Assembly: GCA_963667665.2 (NCBI GenBank)
Contig: OY763927.2
Coordinates: forward strand, 768,001 to 832,000
Source: Nitrosopumilus sp.
Lineage (GTDB): Archaea > Thermoproteota > Nitrososphaeria > Nitrososphaerales > Nitrosopumilaceae
Length of the DNA: 64,000 nucleotides
Direction of reading: 5' to 3'
The notes beneath the pieces were generated by a model. That model saw nothing but the letters and a program-made list of their open reading frames with translations, did no database searches and had not been told where the DNA came from. Shown one piece after another: positions 43,076 to 53,824 of the stretch (position 1 is its first letter; each line of letters opens with the position of its first letter). The position numbers were made by a program, and so were the translations under genes.

Positions 43076-43562
43076 TTATTTGACATGATATTCCTCCCCT
43101 GTTTGCTTGTCAACTACGGTTTCTCCTCTAGGCGGCATCTTACGTATGAACGCATGTGCCGGAGTCTCGTTCTCCCCGTCTACACCAAGAGACATGTGCG
43201 GTCTCCTGTGGTTGTACCATTCCATAAACAGATCCACGGGATCACTCTTGCGCATCATGATTGCCTCAAACTCTGGCAGCTTACGCTGAATCTCGCCGTG
43301 CAGCCTCTCCAGCTTGCCGTTGGTTTGTGGATGTCTGACGCCTGCCAGGATCTGTTTTATTCCAAGCTCGACCAGCCTTTTCTCAAAGACCGATGCCCCC
43401 TTCTTCTTTGCCTCTGAGGCGTTGGCGTAGAACTGGGATCCTCTGTCAGTCATTATGGATGCAGGCTTACCGTGGTTTTTTATGGCCTCCTCAAGCACGG
43501 CCAACGCGTTTTCGGTAGTGGCGTGCTCAAACATGCTGTACCCGGTGACAAAACGTGATGCG
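43076..43562 (-). mobile_element. IS481-family (rve) transposase, 3' remnant
   Basis: ASRF, TDRGSQF, PQTNGKLER and YN.RRPH.SL motifs. Confidence 0.85.
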
Positions 43563-44982
43563 TAGTACCGGCCAGTAAGATCCGCTCACTTTGGCCGTCT
43601 GCGGCATCACGTCCGTCCAAACCGAAAGATTTTGATCGATCCTCCCATAACAAATACACATGAGGGCCTCAAACGGACGTGGATGGAGCAGGCCCGGTAC
43701 CCTGCCGACGGGCAATGATTTCCTGCCCGATACAGACGCACAGATCCTTCTGGAGATGATTGCAGCCTGCCCACCGGGGAAGGTAAGGGACATCCTGAGA
43801 GCATGCTACGAGAGGAAGATCAACGCGAGCATACGCAGGATATGGGATCTGCTGATGCGGCCGTACTCTACCGTGCGGGAGTGGCTTTGGAGGGTGCACG
43901 AGCGCGGACTGGACAACATATCTGACAGAAAGCCGCCGGGCGCAAGGGGCATACTGGGACCGGAGGAGATCGAGATTGTCAGGGAGACACTGCGCCAGCC
44001 ACCGACCGAACACGGATTCGAGCAAGGGGCATGGCTCCTGCGCATGATCGCAGAGGTCATCACAAAAAAGCTGAAAAAACATTGCAGGCCACGTACCATA
44101 CGGAGGCTCCTGCGTAGGATGGGATTCTCGTACGTAAAGCCTAGAACCGTTCCGCACAAGTCCGCCTCCAAAATGGAGCAGGAAGAGTTTATGCAGCAGT
44201 GCAAACAGCTGGTCAGTGAAAAGTCAGCAGAGGATTACACAATGCTGGCACAGGACGAGGCAGGCGTGCGGTTGGGAGCCTGCGGCGGGTACGGCTGGCG
44301 GTTCAAAGCCGACGGGTGCGAGGTCGGCGTCGGATTCTCCACCAAGGAGACAAGAATCATCGGAGCAGTTGGCCCTGACGCAGTCCACGTAAAGGTGGTT
44401 GAGAGCGTAAACGCCGACACCTTCATAGAGTTTCTCAAGGAAATGCGGCAGATATACAAAAAATTCGTCATGTTCCTTGACAATCTTTCTGCGCACAAGG
44501 CTGTCAAGGTGTCAGAGTACGTCGAGTCCGCTGGAGGAGACATTGTTTTGATGTACCTGCCCAAGTACACCCCGCAGCTTAACCCCATGGAGATCCAGTG
44601 GAATGTGCTCAAGAACATGCTTGCCCAGCGATGCTTTAAGAATGCCGAGGAACTTGCCAAGTCAATCCGGATTCTGGTAGATACCGGACAGCTCTTGCCG
44701 GTCAAGCAGATGGATTACATGATTCCGTAATCAGGATTTTTTGCACCGGCGTTCAAGATTATTTTTATGCACGTCAGTTGCCCACGCATTTTTTCACGCC
44801 GCACCTGATTCATGCGCGTCAGTTCCGCATGTTACTTGGATTTACACGACAGTTGCTCGCAGTCTCGTGCCTGCAACGCAGACAAAAGACATCAACTCCA
44901 CCTCACTTGGATTTGCACGACAGTTGCCAGGCCCAAAGTCAAGGACGCGTAAAAAGTGAGCGGATCTTACTGGCCGGTACTA
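43563..44982 (+). mobile_element. IS630-family element with intact-looking transposase
   Basis: 30-bp TIR tagtaccggccagtaagatccgctcacttt including TA ends. Confidence 0.95.
43660..44730 (+). CDS. IS630 transposase
   Basis: QDE, LDNLSAH and YTPQLNPME motifs; N-terminal HTH. Confidence 0.92.
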   Translation: MRASNGRGWSRPGTLPTGNDFLPDTDAQILLEMIAACPPGKVRDILRACYERKINASIRRIWDLLMRPYSTVREWLWRVHERGLDNISDRKPPGARGILGPEEIEIVRETLRQPPTEHGFEQGAWLLRMIAEVITKKLKKHCRPRTIRRLLRRMGFSYVKPRTVPHKSASKMEQEEFMQQCKQLVSEKSAEDYTMLAQDEAGVRLGACGGYGWRFKADGCEVGVGFSTKETRIIGAVGPDAVHVKVVESVNADTFIEFLKEMRQIYKKFVMFLDNLSAHKAVKVSEYVESAGGDIVLMYLPKYTPQLNPMEIQWNVLKNMLAQRCFKNAEELAKSIRILVDTGQLLPVKQMDYMIP

Positions 44983-45078
44983 TGCATCTTCCGATCAATT
45001 AAAAACAATCCGCACCGGATTCGGAGTTGTGCAACTAACATGATTCTCGTATACTTGGCTAATGATCATGTGTTATTA

Positions 45079-46791
45079 TTAAACAACTAGTATTCCTTGT
45101 TGGATCAAAAACTGGATGCTTTGGATAAAGGTGGTATCATCTATTATGCCGTCTGCCCACCATTTGGCACTGGTCTTAACCCAGCTTGGAATTGTACCTG
45201 ACTCTGATTCGGATTCTTGGTCGGTACTGCTAACGTCTGTCTCAGAAATCTTGATAATGTCATTTTGAATCAAAAACTGGATGCTTTGGATAAAGGTGGT
45301 ATCATCTATTATGCCGTCTGCCCACCATTTGGCGTTGTTTTTAATCCAGCTGGGAATTGATGTCGTTTCAGGTACGGATGCTGTCAAGCCGGAACCTATG
45401 TCTAAGAATACCGTACCAATCCCTGCATATTTTTGGTCATAGTCAAGTCCAACCCCGTAAACTAGGACGTCGATTCTGACAATACCCTGGGATGGGATGT
45501 AGATATCTTGGACATCCAGTCCCTCAATGGCTACAATTCCGGGAGTCGCCGTATCATCATAGCCTCCGCGTGCCAATTCTTGTCGGGATTCGTCATAAGC
45601 AACATAGGCGTATCTTATATCCGGAATTAGTGTCTTATTTTCATTAAAGAATGCAAACTCAAACGGTATCTCCTGATCGGCGCTGTATGTGCTGTCGTAT
45701 GAAACAGATACGTCGGTTGGAACCCGTCGTTCCACGTCTTCAAGGCCGACAAGATAAAAATCGCCAGATATCGCCTCAATCTCAGGTGACGGAACTATTT
45801 TCAGATTCATTACTTTGTTTGAATAGTTGTCCGGACCAAGCAAGTCATTGATCTTTTTTAACGTCTTGTCTGTGATAAGGAAATGAAGGATGTTTGTATT
45901 GTCAATAGAATACGGATCAGATATCAATCCCCTTTGATCAAGCTCTATGCTGTTTACATAGCCTGTAAACTGTTTGCCTGGGACGTATGGCTCAAACGAG
46001 TCCGGAATCCTAACCTCCTCATGTACCAGCGGAACCAAGCTGATGTAGTCTGGATCCCAGTCAAACGGCATCTCAAAGCTGATTGAATTGTCAGACGCGT
46101 CAAATTCAAAGCTTTCAATATCATCATAGTACGTCTTGACAACTACTGGAACCTCCGCACTGGCAGTCTGAATCAGGAAATCCTGATTTTTTACAATACT
46201 GACAAATGTATCGTAGCTGAGTCTTTCAGACAGCAAGATCTTTGGACTGGTGGCACCTTCAACATCTATGCGAATGTTATACAGTCCGCCTTGAACAAAC
46301 ACCGGACCGGTGATTGTAGGCCTTCCACAGACATCTAGGTTTTCATCAGTGCACGCTACGCCTTGCACATAGAGTGTACCTGGCGCATCGGGGTGTTCAG
46401 AACCGCCGTAAATAGTGCATCGCCATAGCTCATTTTCATTACAGTTAGATGAAGGGCGTATCTCTACATCCAGTCTGCCATCGTCGTCATAAAAGAGACT
46501 TCTTGCAAGCAGTTCCTCACTTTTCCAGATTTCAACTCTATATGTTACCTGATCCAAGGTCAAGTCCGTGTCGACATCAAAAAATCTTATCTTCATGTTC
46601 ACCTCATCAATATCTCCCAGCGTAAGGTCGTAAGGAGTCAAGTCAGTGCGAACCGTAACGTTCATGTCTCCAAAGGATAGCGGTTCGGCCTGATCTCCGC
46701 CCGGACTGTGTGCAAATGCGTTGGGAAGAGCGGCAGCAGAGGCTGCGAGAATGCTTACGGCAACAAGAAATAATGTTAGTCTGTTATACAA
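45079..46791 (-). CDS. Secreted thaumarchaeal protein with duplicated IP.W.K..A.WWADG C-terminal module
   Basis: Signal peptide; FEMPFDW, HEEV..P and two tail modules. Confidence 0.8.
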   Translation of the reverse strand: MYNRLTLFLVAVSILAASAAALPNAFAHSPGGDQAEPLSFGDMNVTVRTDLTPYDLTLGDIDEVNMKIRFFDVDTDLTLDQVTYRVEIWKSEELLARSLFYDDDGRLDVEIRPSSNCNENELWRCTIYGGSEHPDAPGTLYVQGVACTDENLDVCGRPTITGPVFVQGGLYNIRIDVEGATSPKILLSERLSYDTFVSIVKNQDFLIQTASAEVPVVVKTYYDDIESFEFDASDNSISFEMPFDWDPDYISLVPLVHEEVRIPDSFEPYVPGKQFTGYVNSIELDQRGLISDPYSIDNTNILHFLITDKTLKKINDLLGPDNYSNKVMNLKIVPSPEIEAISGDFYLVGLEDVERRVPTDVSVSYDSTYSADQEIPFEFAFFNENKTLIPDIRYAYVAYDESRQELARGGYDDTATPGIVAIEGLDVQDIYIPSQGIVRIDVLVYGVGLDYDQKYAGIGTVFLDIGSGLTASVPETTSIPSWIKNNAKWWADGIIDDTTFIQSIQFLIQNDIIKISETDVSSTDQESESESGTIPSWVKTSAKWWADGIIDDTTFIQSIQFLIQQGILVV

Positions 46792-47198
46792 TATAACATT
46801 TTGGTTAATTCCGTATTTAAAGCTGATTTCAGTTTTAGCGTCTGGTTAAATACATGTAAAAATATCCTCGTCGTAGTCCAAGTGATGGATCAACCTCTGT
46901 AACTGTACTTCGCGTACTTTATCTTGAATGGGGCAATAACCCGGGCTGATGCGTTCCTGTGCTTCGCGCACTGTAGGTCCGAAGTTGACCGCAAGAAAAT
47001 TTTGTCATATGCAGGAAACCAAAAGCAATAAGGTGCAGATAAAGTGACACCAGACAGGCCTGAAAAACCAAGATTTGGACAACGCCCCTAGAGACAAAAA
47101 ACCTAAAACTTATACAGTAGGACATCTTGAAAAATCAAAAGATTAGGAGAGCCAAAACATAAACTGTATACAAGGAGTTTCATACAAAATAAAAATCA

Positions 47199-50100
47199 TC
47201 AAGGTGCATACACAGTCACTGTGACTATCTTCTCTACCAACCAGTCATAATCTGATGCTGCAAACCTGAAAGTCAAAACAGTCGTTCCTGATTCCACAAT
47301 CGGTGCCCTGTCGGTGCGAGTAAACGTGTCGCCGTCATTGAAACTGTCAATAGAGGTTGTTGACATGCCATCGGTCTGAGACCACCACGCGTTTGCGTCT
47401 TCATCGCTGTCATTCAATGTACCAGATAACGTAAAAGTTGAATTGGAAGCCACACTGATTGAAGACTGATCTACGTTCACGACTGGTTTGTTGTTGTTAG
47501 TTATGTCGATTCGGAACGCGACCACGTCTGTAAGTGCACCGTCCGTAACTTCGAGAATCATGTATACCGTGTTTTCAAATCTATTGTCACCGACCACAGG
47601 TGCAATGAAAGATACACGCTCACCACTTCCTAATATCAACACTTCAGGACCAAAATCGGCTATCCATTCATATGATAGATCATCGTTGTCAGGATCATAT
47701 GATCTGGACGCATCTAGAACGACTCGATCGCCTGCTACTACAAACAGGTGTTTTTCAAGCACGACTACAGGTGATTGGTTTTCACGCACGCTGACAGTTA
47801 TTGTATCGGAATTAGTTCCACCTTCATTGTCCATCACTACGAGTTTTATCACAATTGTCTGTGTACCGCTAACATTTGGAGCTATAAAATACGGAGTCGA
47901 TGTACGATCGTCATAAATGAACACGTTTGGACCGCTTTCGTGGCTCCATTGGTATGACAACTCAGTGTTGTCTGGATCATCTGCAAATCCTCTCAGGTCA
48001 ACTTTTTCACCCGATTTTACATGTTTATCTGCGCCCGCTCCAACACTCGGTGCGTCGTTACCATCTACAGTCACTGTAATTGTGTCCGAGTCACTATATG
48101 CACCGTTAGTAACTGTTAGTTTAAACGTTAAAACCGCATCATTATCTGGTGACACGAACCCAGCAATCGAAGAATCAATATCTTCAATCTCTACTGTATC
48201 ACCTCTAGTCTGCGTCCACAAGTAATCTGTGTATCCAGCTCCCTCTGTCGATCCACTACCATCTAACCTCACATATGTGCCTGACTTTACAGTCTGGTCA
48301 ACGCTAGCATCAGCAGTCGGCTCTAAAAATACGACAGTCACGCTCACGCTGTCTGTGCCGACGTTGCCGTCACCGTCTGTTACAGTTAGCTCAAAGATCA
48401 GCACTTCTTGCATGACGTTAGGCGACCTAAATGATGGTGTGGATCCTAACATGCCTGAGAGACTTACATCTGTCCCGCTCGTCTGCGTCCATAAATACCT
48501 TAATGTGTTACTGTCAGGATCATATGAGGATCCGCCATCTAGGTTAACTATGACTCCAGGCTCTACGCTCTGATTGGATCCTGCATCTGCCACTGGAAGT
48601 GTTGATTCCACCGTGATGTCTATTGAATCACTCCCAGCCTGTCCTGTAGAGTCAACGACTGTTAGCATAAATGTCAGCGTGCCTATAAGATTGGGTGCTG
48701 TAAACGACGCAGAGGCTTTGTCGGAATTCGTCAAAATCACGTCGTGTCCACCAGTCTGCGTCCATGAATATGATATTTTATCGTTGTCAGGATCGGATCC
48801 ACTACCTAATAGATTCACAGTCTCTCTTGGCCTGACAGTCATATCAGTTCCGGCATCTGCGGAAGGCGGATCGTTACTGTTATCTATAATGGTTATTTTA
48901 ACGCTATCATTATTAGTGTTATTACCGGAACTGACGGCTAGATTAAATATTAGAACGGATGGCGTTGAGGGAGTCATGAACGTAGGTGAGGCGATGCTAC
49001 TGTTGGAAAGGGTTATCGATGGACCGCTAGTCTTCGTCCATGAATATAAAAGCCCTGTACCTACGGATGATTCGCCGTCGAGATGCACCGTACCATCAAC
49101 GTATGCTGTCTGATCGTGTCCGGCATCTGCCACTACGCTTGGAACTTGAGACTCATTATCCAACACGCTCACCATCATTCTGTCCGTGGCAGAATTGCCT
49201 CCTGGATCCATAACTGTAAATATAAATGAAAGTTCACTCGACATGCTTGGAGTAATAAAGGACGCTACAGAAGAATCAGGATTACTCAAAGTCACGTCGT
49301 GTCCGCCAGTCTGCATCCATGAATATGACAATGCACGGCTTTCTGGATCGCTACCAGATCCTCTTAAAATAACATATGAATTCACGAATGCGTTGATGTT
49401 ATATCCAGCGTCCGCTGTTGGTGGAGCGTCATGCCCAACTGTGATGCGTATACGATCACTGTCAAATACACCTGTAGAATCCATCACTGTAAGCATAAAA
49501 CCCAACATAATTTGACTAGATGTGTCTGGAGCTATAAATGACGGCATTGCCGTATTTGAATCACTTAACGTAACATGCGTGCCTGTGGACTGTTGCCAGT
49601 CATAAGACAGACCATTTCCGACGGAGCCTGTACCATCAAGTGTCACATTTGCACCGCCATCGACACGCATGTTACTACCAGCGTCCGCTGTCGGCTTTAT
49701 GCTTTGTAGCACCACGTGGACATTTACTTCATCTTTATCCAACGTCGGGTATGCTTCTACCGTCAGACTGAACGAAAGAGTCTTGGTGACGTTTGTGGTG
49801 GCAGGTGCCGTAAACGTAGCAACTGCCTCTGTACTGTTAACCAAATTCACCGTCTCGCCTACAGTCTGTGTCCATAAATAAACAAGATCGCCTCCAGCAG
49901 GATTAACAGATGCACTCCCATTCAGTATCACTGTTGTGCCTGGTCTTACCTCAATGTCGCGTCCGGCATCCGCCACTGGGTAGAATATGCCATCGATTGC
50001 TATGACCAGCCTTACCTTGTCAGAATTCCCAATAGTGTCGCTTACACTCAGTTCAAATTCAAGCAGGGAGGCGTATGAGCCAATTTCTGTTTTGAAAGTC

Positions 50101-51542
50101 GCGGCTGGTTCGTAGGCGTTGTTCAACTGTACATCTACACCGCTAATTTGCCTCCATTCATATGTCAAACCGTCCAGACCTGTCGAACTGCTACCATTGA
50201 GTACGAACACTACTCCGCGAGGTGCTGCATAATCTGCACCGTCTGGCATGAATCCTGTTGTATACACATTTTCGTCTTCTTTGGCTACGTGGCCGAACGC
50301 GTACGCGTGTGGAGGGGAACCTTTGTGGAAGTAAACAGATACAGTATCTACATTGGTAAATATACCGTCAAATACTGATAATTGAAATTTTGCAAACCGA
50401 TCTATATCATTCATGACAACTGGAACTATAAATGATGCCGTTGGGGATCTGGCGTTGGAGATAATGACCGTTTCGCCCTCTGTCTGCGTCCATTTATATG
50501 TAAGGCGGTCGTTGTCACGATCTGTAGTGCGAGAACCATTCAATATAACAATCTCGCCTGCCTCTACATCAACCACAGGTAATATTCTGGCATTCGGTGG
50601 CGAATTCTCCACCACTCTTACAGACACTGAATCTGTGGCATCGTACTGAGTGTCATTCACAATCAGTCTGAATTCAAGATCGCTGGCAGATGCCGGTGCA
50701 CTGAACTCGATACTTCTTGAGTTGTTAAAATTAACCATGATGCCAGAGACCTGTTCCCACAAATATGACAAACTGCCATCGCGGTCGCTTGAACCTCTGG
50801 CATCCAACGTCACACTGGTGCCATTAGTTACTATCTGGTCTAAACCGGCATCAGCCGTTGGGCTACTGTTTTGTACCGTGACTGATACAGTGTCTTCCCC
50901 CGTTAGAACGCCGTCCGTGGCACTGAGTTTGAACACCAGCACTTTTTCGCCTTTCGTGACTGTGGGGGTCGTAAATTCGAGAGAATATCCTGTTGTTTGA
51001 GTATACACAACAGTAGGTCCTGATACTTGTATCCATTCATGCGAAACATGGTCATTGTTAGGATCCAATATAATTCCCACTAGTGTAACTTTTTCGTTGC
51101 TAAGAGATATGATGTTGCTTCCAGCATCGACTCGCGGAGCACCGTTGCCAGGTATGGCTACAGTTAGTGTATCGCTGGCTACTATATAGGATCCGCCACC
51201 TTCTGCACGCCGTTCGAAATCACGTGCCTCTATCTTCCAAATTAGACTGTCACCAGCAGAAGCACCGTACATGTGATTCAAAAAATACGATGTATCGTCA
51301 CTGCTTATCTGTATTTCTGTGCTGGCTGATTTTAATATCAACGCGTAATACGTGACGTTATCTGTTTGTGAAACGTCATTCCAGCTAAATAGGATAGTAG
51401 TGCCACGGATCTCTGCATCGAGGTGTATAGACGCAGCGTATGCATCGTCTGTGTATACAAATATTACTCCTATTACTAATAGAAAAAATAGACCCGCTAA
51501 CTTTCCACAGGAGTTGTACTGGAGCATAACTTTTTGTTCCAT
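47199..51542 (-). CDS. Large surface protein with ~14 PKD/Ig-like repeats
   Basis: Repeated P.ADAG..Q.V....V.LDG..S....Y.W.Q..G units. Confidence 0.9.
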   Translation of the reverse strand: MEQKVMLQYNSCGKLAGLFFLLVIGVIFVYTDDAYAASIHLDAEIRGTTILFSWNDVSQTDNVTYYALILKSASTEIQISSDDTSYFLNHMYGASAGDSLIWKIEARDFERRAEGGGSYIVASDTLTVAIPGNGAPRVDAGSNIISLSNEKVTLVGIILDPNNDHVSHEWIQVSGPTVVYTQTTGYSLEFTTPTVTKGEKVLVFKLSATDGVLTGEDTVSVTVQNSSPTADAGLDQIVTNGTSVTLDARGSSDRDGSLSYLWEQVSGIMVNFNNSRSIEFSAPASASDLEFRLIVNDTQYDATDSVSVRVVENSPPNARILPVVDVEAGEIVILNGSRTTDRDNDRLTYKWTQTEGETVIISNARSPTASFIVPVVMNDIDRFAKFQLSVFDGIFTNVDTVSVYFHKGSPPHAYAFGHVAKEDENVYTTGFMPDGADYAAPRGVVFVLNGSSSTGLDGLTYEWRQISGVDVQLNNAYEPAATFKTEIGSYASLLEFELSVSDTIGNSDKVRLVIAIDGIFYPVADAGRDIEVRPGTTVILNGSASVNPAGGDLVYLWTQTVGETVNLVNSTEAVATFTAPATTNVTKTLSFSLTVEAYPTLDKDEVNVHVVLQSIKPTADAGSNMRVDGGANVTLDGTGSVGNGLSYDWQQSTGTHVTLSDSNTAMPSFIAPDTSSQIMLGFMLTVMDSTGVFDSDRIRITVGHDAPPTADAGYNINAFVNSYVILRGSGSDPESRALSYSWMQTGGHDVTLSNPDSSVASFITPSMSSELSFIFTVMDPGGNSATDRMMVSVLDNESQVPSVVADAGHDQTAYVDGTVHLDGESSVGTGLLYSWTKTSGPSITLSNSSIASPTFMTPSTPSVLIFNLAVSSGNNTNNDSVKITIIDNSNDPPSADAGTDMTVRPRETVNLLGSGSDPDNDKISYSWTQTGGHDVILTNSDKASASFTAPNLIGTLTFMLTVVDSTGQAGSDSIDITVESTLPVADAGSNQSVEPGVIVNLDGGSSYDPDSNTLRYLWTQTSGTDVSLSGMLGSTPSFRSPNVMQEVLIFELTVTDGDGNVGTDSVSVTVVFLEPTADASVDQTVKSGTYVRLDGSGSTEGAGYTDYLWTQTRGDTVEIEDIDSSIAGFVSPDNDAVLTFKLTVTNGAYSDSDTITVTVDGNDAPSVGAGADKHVKSGEKVDLRGFADDPDNTELSYQWSHESGPNVFIYDDRTSTPYFIAPNVSGTQTIVIKLVVMDNEGGTNSDTITVSVRENQSPVVVLEKHLFVVAGDRVVLDASRSYDPDNDDLSYEWIADFGPEVLILGSGERVSFIAPVVGDNRFENTVYMILEVTDGALTDVVAFRIDITNNNKPVVNVDQSSISVASNSTFTLSGTLNDSDEDANAWWSQTDGMSTTSIDSFNDGDTFTRTDRAPIVESGTTVLTFRFAASDYDWLVEKIVTVTVYAP

Positions 51543-51832
51543 ATAATAATATATGATTATTATACATAAAAGGCATTCGTCAATAATCCATCTTTTTCAG
51601 CTCATCCATACATCCGTCACACAAATGATTTCCACGAAACAATGTCATGTCCGCTTTTGGATTTGGCATCTTGCACGTACTGCATGCTGTCAAATCGGCC
51701 TTTACAATGCAACTGTTGCAGTACGGTTACCCGTCATCCCAATGCCCGCCGTCGGTGGCATCATTACCGCATATTACGCATGTTGTCATATGGTTATGAT
51801 GTATAAACGGTATAAGGGGTCAGGGTGTGCCC

Positions 51833-52171
51833 TCATATGCAGTCACTGCACAGACGTGTTGCATCTGCCAGTACGGACCTAAAATGACCGCATCTCCTGC
51901 AACTATCAAGTACGGTTTTTGGTTCAGACGACATACCATTGCTGACGTCTGTGTTGCCAGGCGGTCCGTCAAAACCGACAAACGGGGCATTCGGGTTCAT
52001 CCTACACCTGTCGCATTGAACATGTTCGCCATCTTTACTGCCACATCGTACGCACGCCCTGTCAATATATCGCCGTTCTTTCAGCTCCATACAGATTACA
52101 TGTTGGTCATGTGAACATAGTTCATGTTCTGCCAGACACGGTTTATTACAATACACGCAGTCAAAACTCAT
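51833..52171 (-). CDS. Cys-rich multi-zinc-finger protein
   Basis: Several CxxC pairs. Confidence 0.55.
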   Translation of the reverse strand: MSFDCVYCNKPCLAEHELCSHDQHVICMELKERRYIDRACVRCGSKDGEHVQCDRCRMNPNAPFVGFDGPPGNTDVSNGMSSEPKTVLDSCRRCGHFRSVLADATRLCSDCI

Positions 52172-52211
52172 AATTGATTTATGGTTGTTTTTTATTTAAA
52201 CAGGCTGTTTT

Positions 52212-52724
52212 TTACAAAGTCTGCATATCATTATGCCAGTCAGGTGTCGAACCGTGTCTGTCGGTGTCTGGCAGATCAGTATATTCAGAAAAATGTGTAC
52301 GTATTATGTTTAATATTTCCACAGAAGTGTGGGTTTCGAGTTCCTCGCGTATGCGTTCCAAATTATTTTTTGTTTTCTCTGGAAGCGCTTTGAATCTATC
52401 CTTGATGTAATTCATTCCGTTAAACGATATTATTACTGCAAAGTTATTGGAAGATTTTTTGCCTATTCCTACAAGGTGGTTTGAAAAAACCAGTTCGTCT
52501 ATCATTATTCCAACCTGTTTGCTGTATGGGCCACCACGATGTTTTTCGAAACGGACTGCGGGATATATGGTCATGTTCTCAAAGACAGTCTTTATTGCCA
52601 GAAATATCTCATTTTGCTGTCTTGTTCTGCCCTTAATTGGCTTGCGTCTGGCATAGAATATCAGTAAGATTACATCCTTTGGTGTACAAGTTTGGTTTGA
52701 CCTGGATCTTGCAGACGGGTTCAA
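52212..52724 (-). CDS. YwgA/Panacea(DUF4065)-like winged-helix protein
   Basis: I.GRTR.Q..IFL...F....GPYS..V pattern. Confidence 0.6.
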   Translation of the reverse strand: MNPSARSRSNQTCTPKDVILLIFYARRKPIKGRTRQQNEIFLAIKTVFENMTIYPAVRFEKHRGGPYSKQVGIMIDELVFSNHLVGIGKKSSNNFAVIISFNGMNYIKDRFKALPEKTKNNLERIREELETHTSVEILNIIRTHFSEYTDLPDTDRHGSTPDWHNDMQTL

Positions 52725-53134
52725 AGGCGACCTCTTTCAAGCTTCCTTTTCAAAAACTCAGCCTGTTTATAATACAGCAGATTAAGATCAACTATTGACA
52801 TGTTATAATTCTGACCCGCTGCGACATCAAGTATTGCATTTTCAACGACACTGTCAAATGGCATGCTTGCCTCTACGTAAAATTCCCCCATGTTTCCTAT
52901 TCGCACTACACCTAACGACAAAAGATAGTACACCTGGTTCATGCCACCACAGTCAATTCCAATGGATTTTACAATGTTCTCTGCAACAGTACTGTGATCT
53001 GGCTCAATAAAATATACCGATCCGTTTGGGAAAACAAATCCAAACTCGTCAGTACCAGTCCGGGCATATTTTTTCATCTCTGTCTCTATTTTTGTGAGCA
53101 ATTTCCTGTTGGGTTTTTGTACACTGGCGATCAA
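52721..53134 (-). CDS. Hypothetical protein, paralogue of 53136..53588
   Basis: FGFVFPNG.VY...HS.VAE...IDCG...LG.VRIG. Confidence 0.7.
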   Translation of the reverse strand: MIASVQKPNRKLLTKIETEMKKYARTGTDEFGFVFPNGSVYFIEPDHSTVAENIVKSIGIDCGGMNQVYYLLSLGVVRIGNMGEFYVEASMPFDSVVENAILDVAAGQNYNMSIVDLNLLYYKQAEFLKRKLERGRL

Positions 53135-53135
53135 A

Positions 53136-53588
53136 TCAGCAGTCAGTCATCCCTTTTTCAAGCTTTCTTTTTAGAGACTCACCGTGCCTCCAGCTCCACA
53201 TATCAACTAGGACCAGTTTGTATCTGCAACCGACAGCAGTATCAAGTATCGCATTTTCGGCTGTTCTGCCAAGAGGTGTGTGTGACTCAACGTAGAACGC
53301 CCCCTGCATAAATCCGATTCTTACTATGCCCAGTTTCATAAAATAATGTAAAGGTTGTAGATCACCGCAGTCTATTTTGAGTACCCGTATGATCTTTTCT
53401 GCCACAAACGAGTGATAGTTTTCAACATGGTACACGGCACCGTTTGGAAAGACAAATCCGAACACATTGTATTTTTTGTCCGCATATTTCCTTTTCATGA
53501 TTTTCTCGATTTTTGCAATCAATGTTGTATTTTTTGGTACATGTGTGTTACGCATAATGATTATGCCGTCAGAATTACGTGTAGTCAT
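53136..53588 (-). CDS. Hypothetical protein, paralogue of 52721..53134
   Basis: Same motifs. Confidence 0.7.
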   Translation of the reverse strand: MTTRNSDGIIIMRNTHVPKNTTLIAKIEKIMKRKYADKKYNVFGFVFPNGAVYHVENYHSFVAEKIIRVLKIDCGDLQPLHYFMKLGIVRIGFMQGAFYVESHTPLGRTAENAILDTAVGCRYKLVLVDMWSWRHGESLKRKLEKGMTDC

Positions 53589-53806
53589 GATGTCCTCTCA
53601 AAGATTAATTTGGACTCGCCAATAGTGTAATCATCAAACTCGTCTATATTGTAGAAACCCGGCTTGAAATAAATATCAGGAAACTCATTATAGACTCTAA
53701 CAATTACTGGACTGAGTATAGTAATAGCATCTGATATACCTTTTACAGTATGAACTATTATTATTTCTGGTTCTGTGAAGTTATCGAGACCTAGGTTATG
53801 GATCTT
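53585..53806 (-). pseudogene. 5'-truncated first gene of the operon
   Basis: Open frame ...VYNEFPDIYFKPGFY...ERTS*, overlapping the next start (ATGA). Confidence 0.4.
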
Positions 53807-53824
53807 CTAAGGGTTAAAATTTGA

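Noticed and set aside
46860-47180. Possible ncRNA or IS fragment in a GC-richer spacer
   Set aside because: No recognisable motif, terminal repeat or convincing structure could be established by eye.
47488-51000. Chain of plus-strand ORFs opposite the PKD protein (likewise 5248..5655 and 34019..34582)
   Set aside because: These are antisense shadows of repetitive coding sequence.
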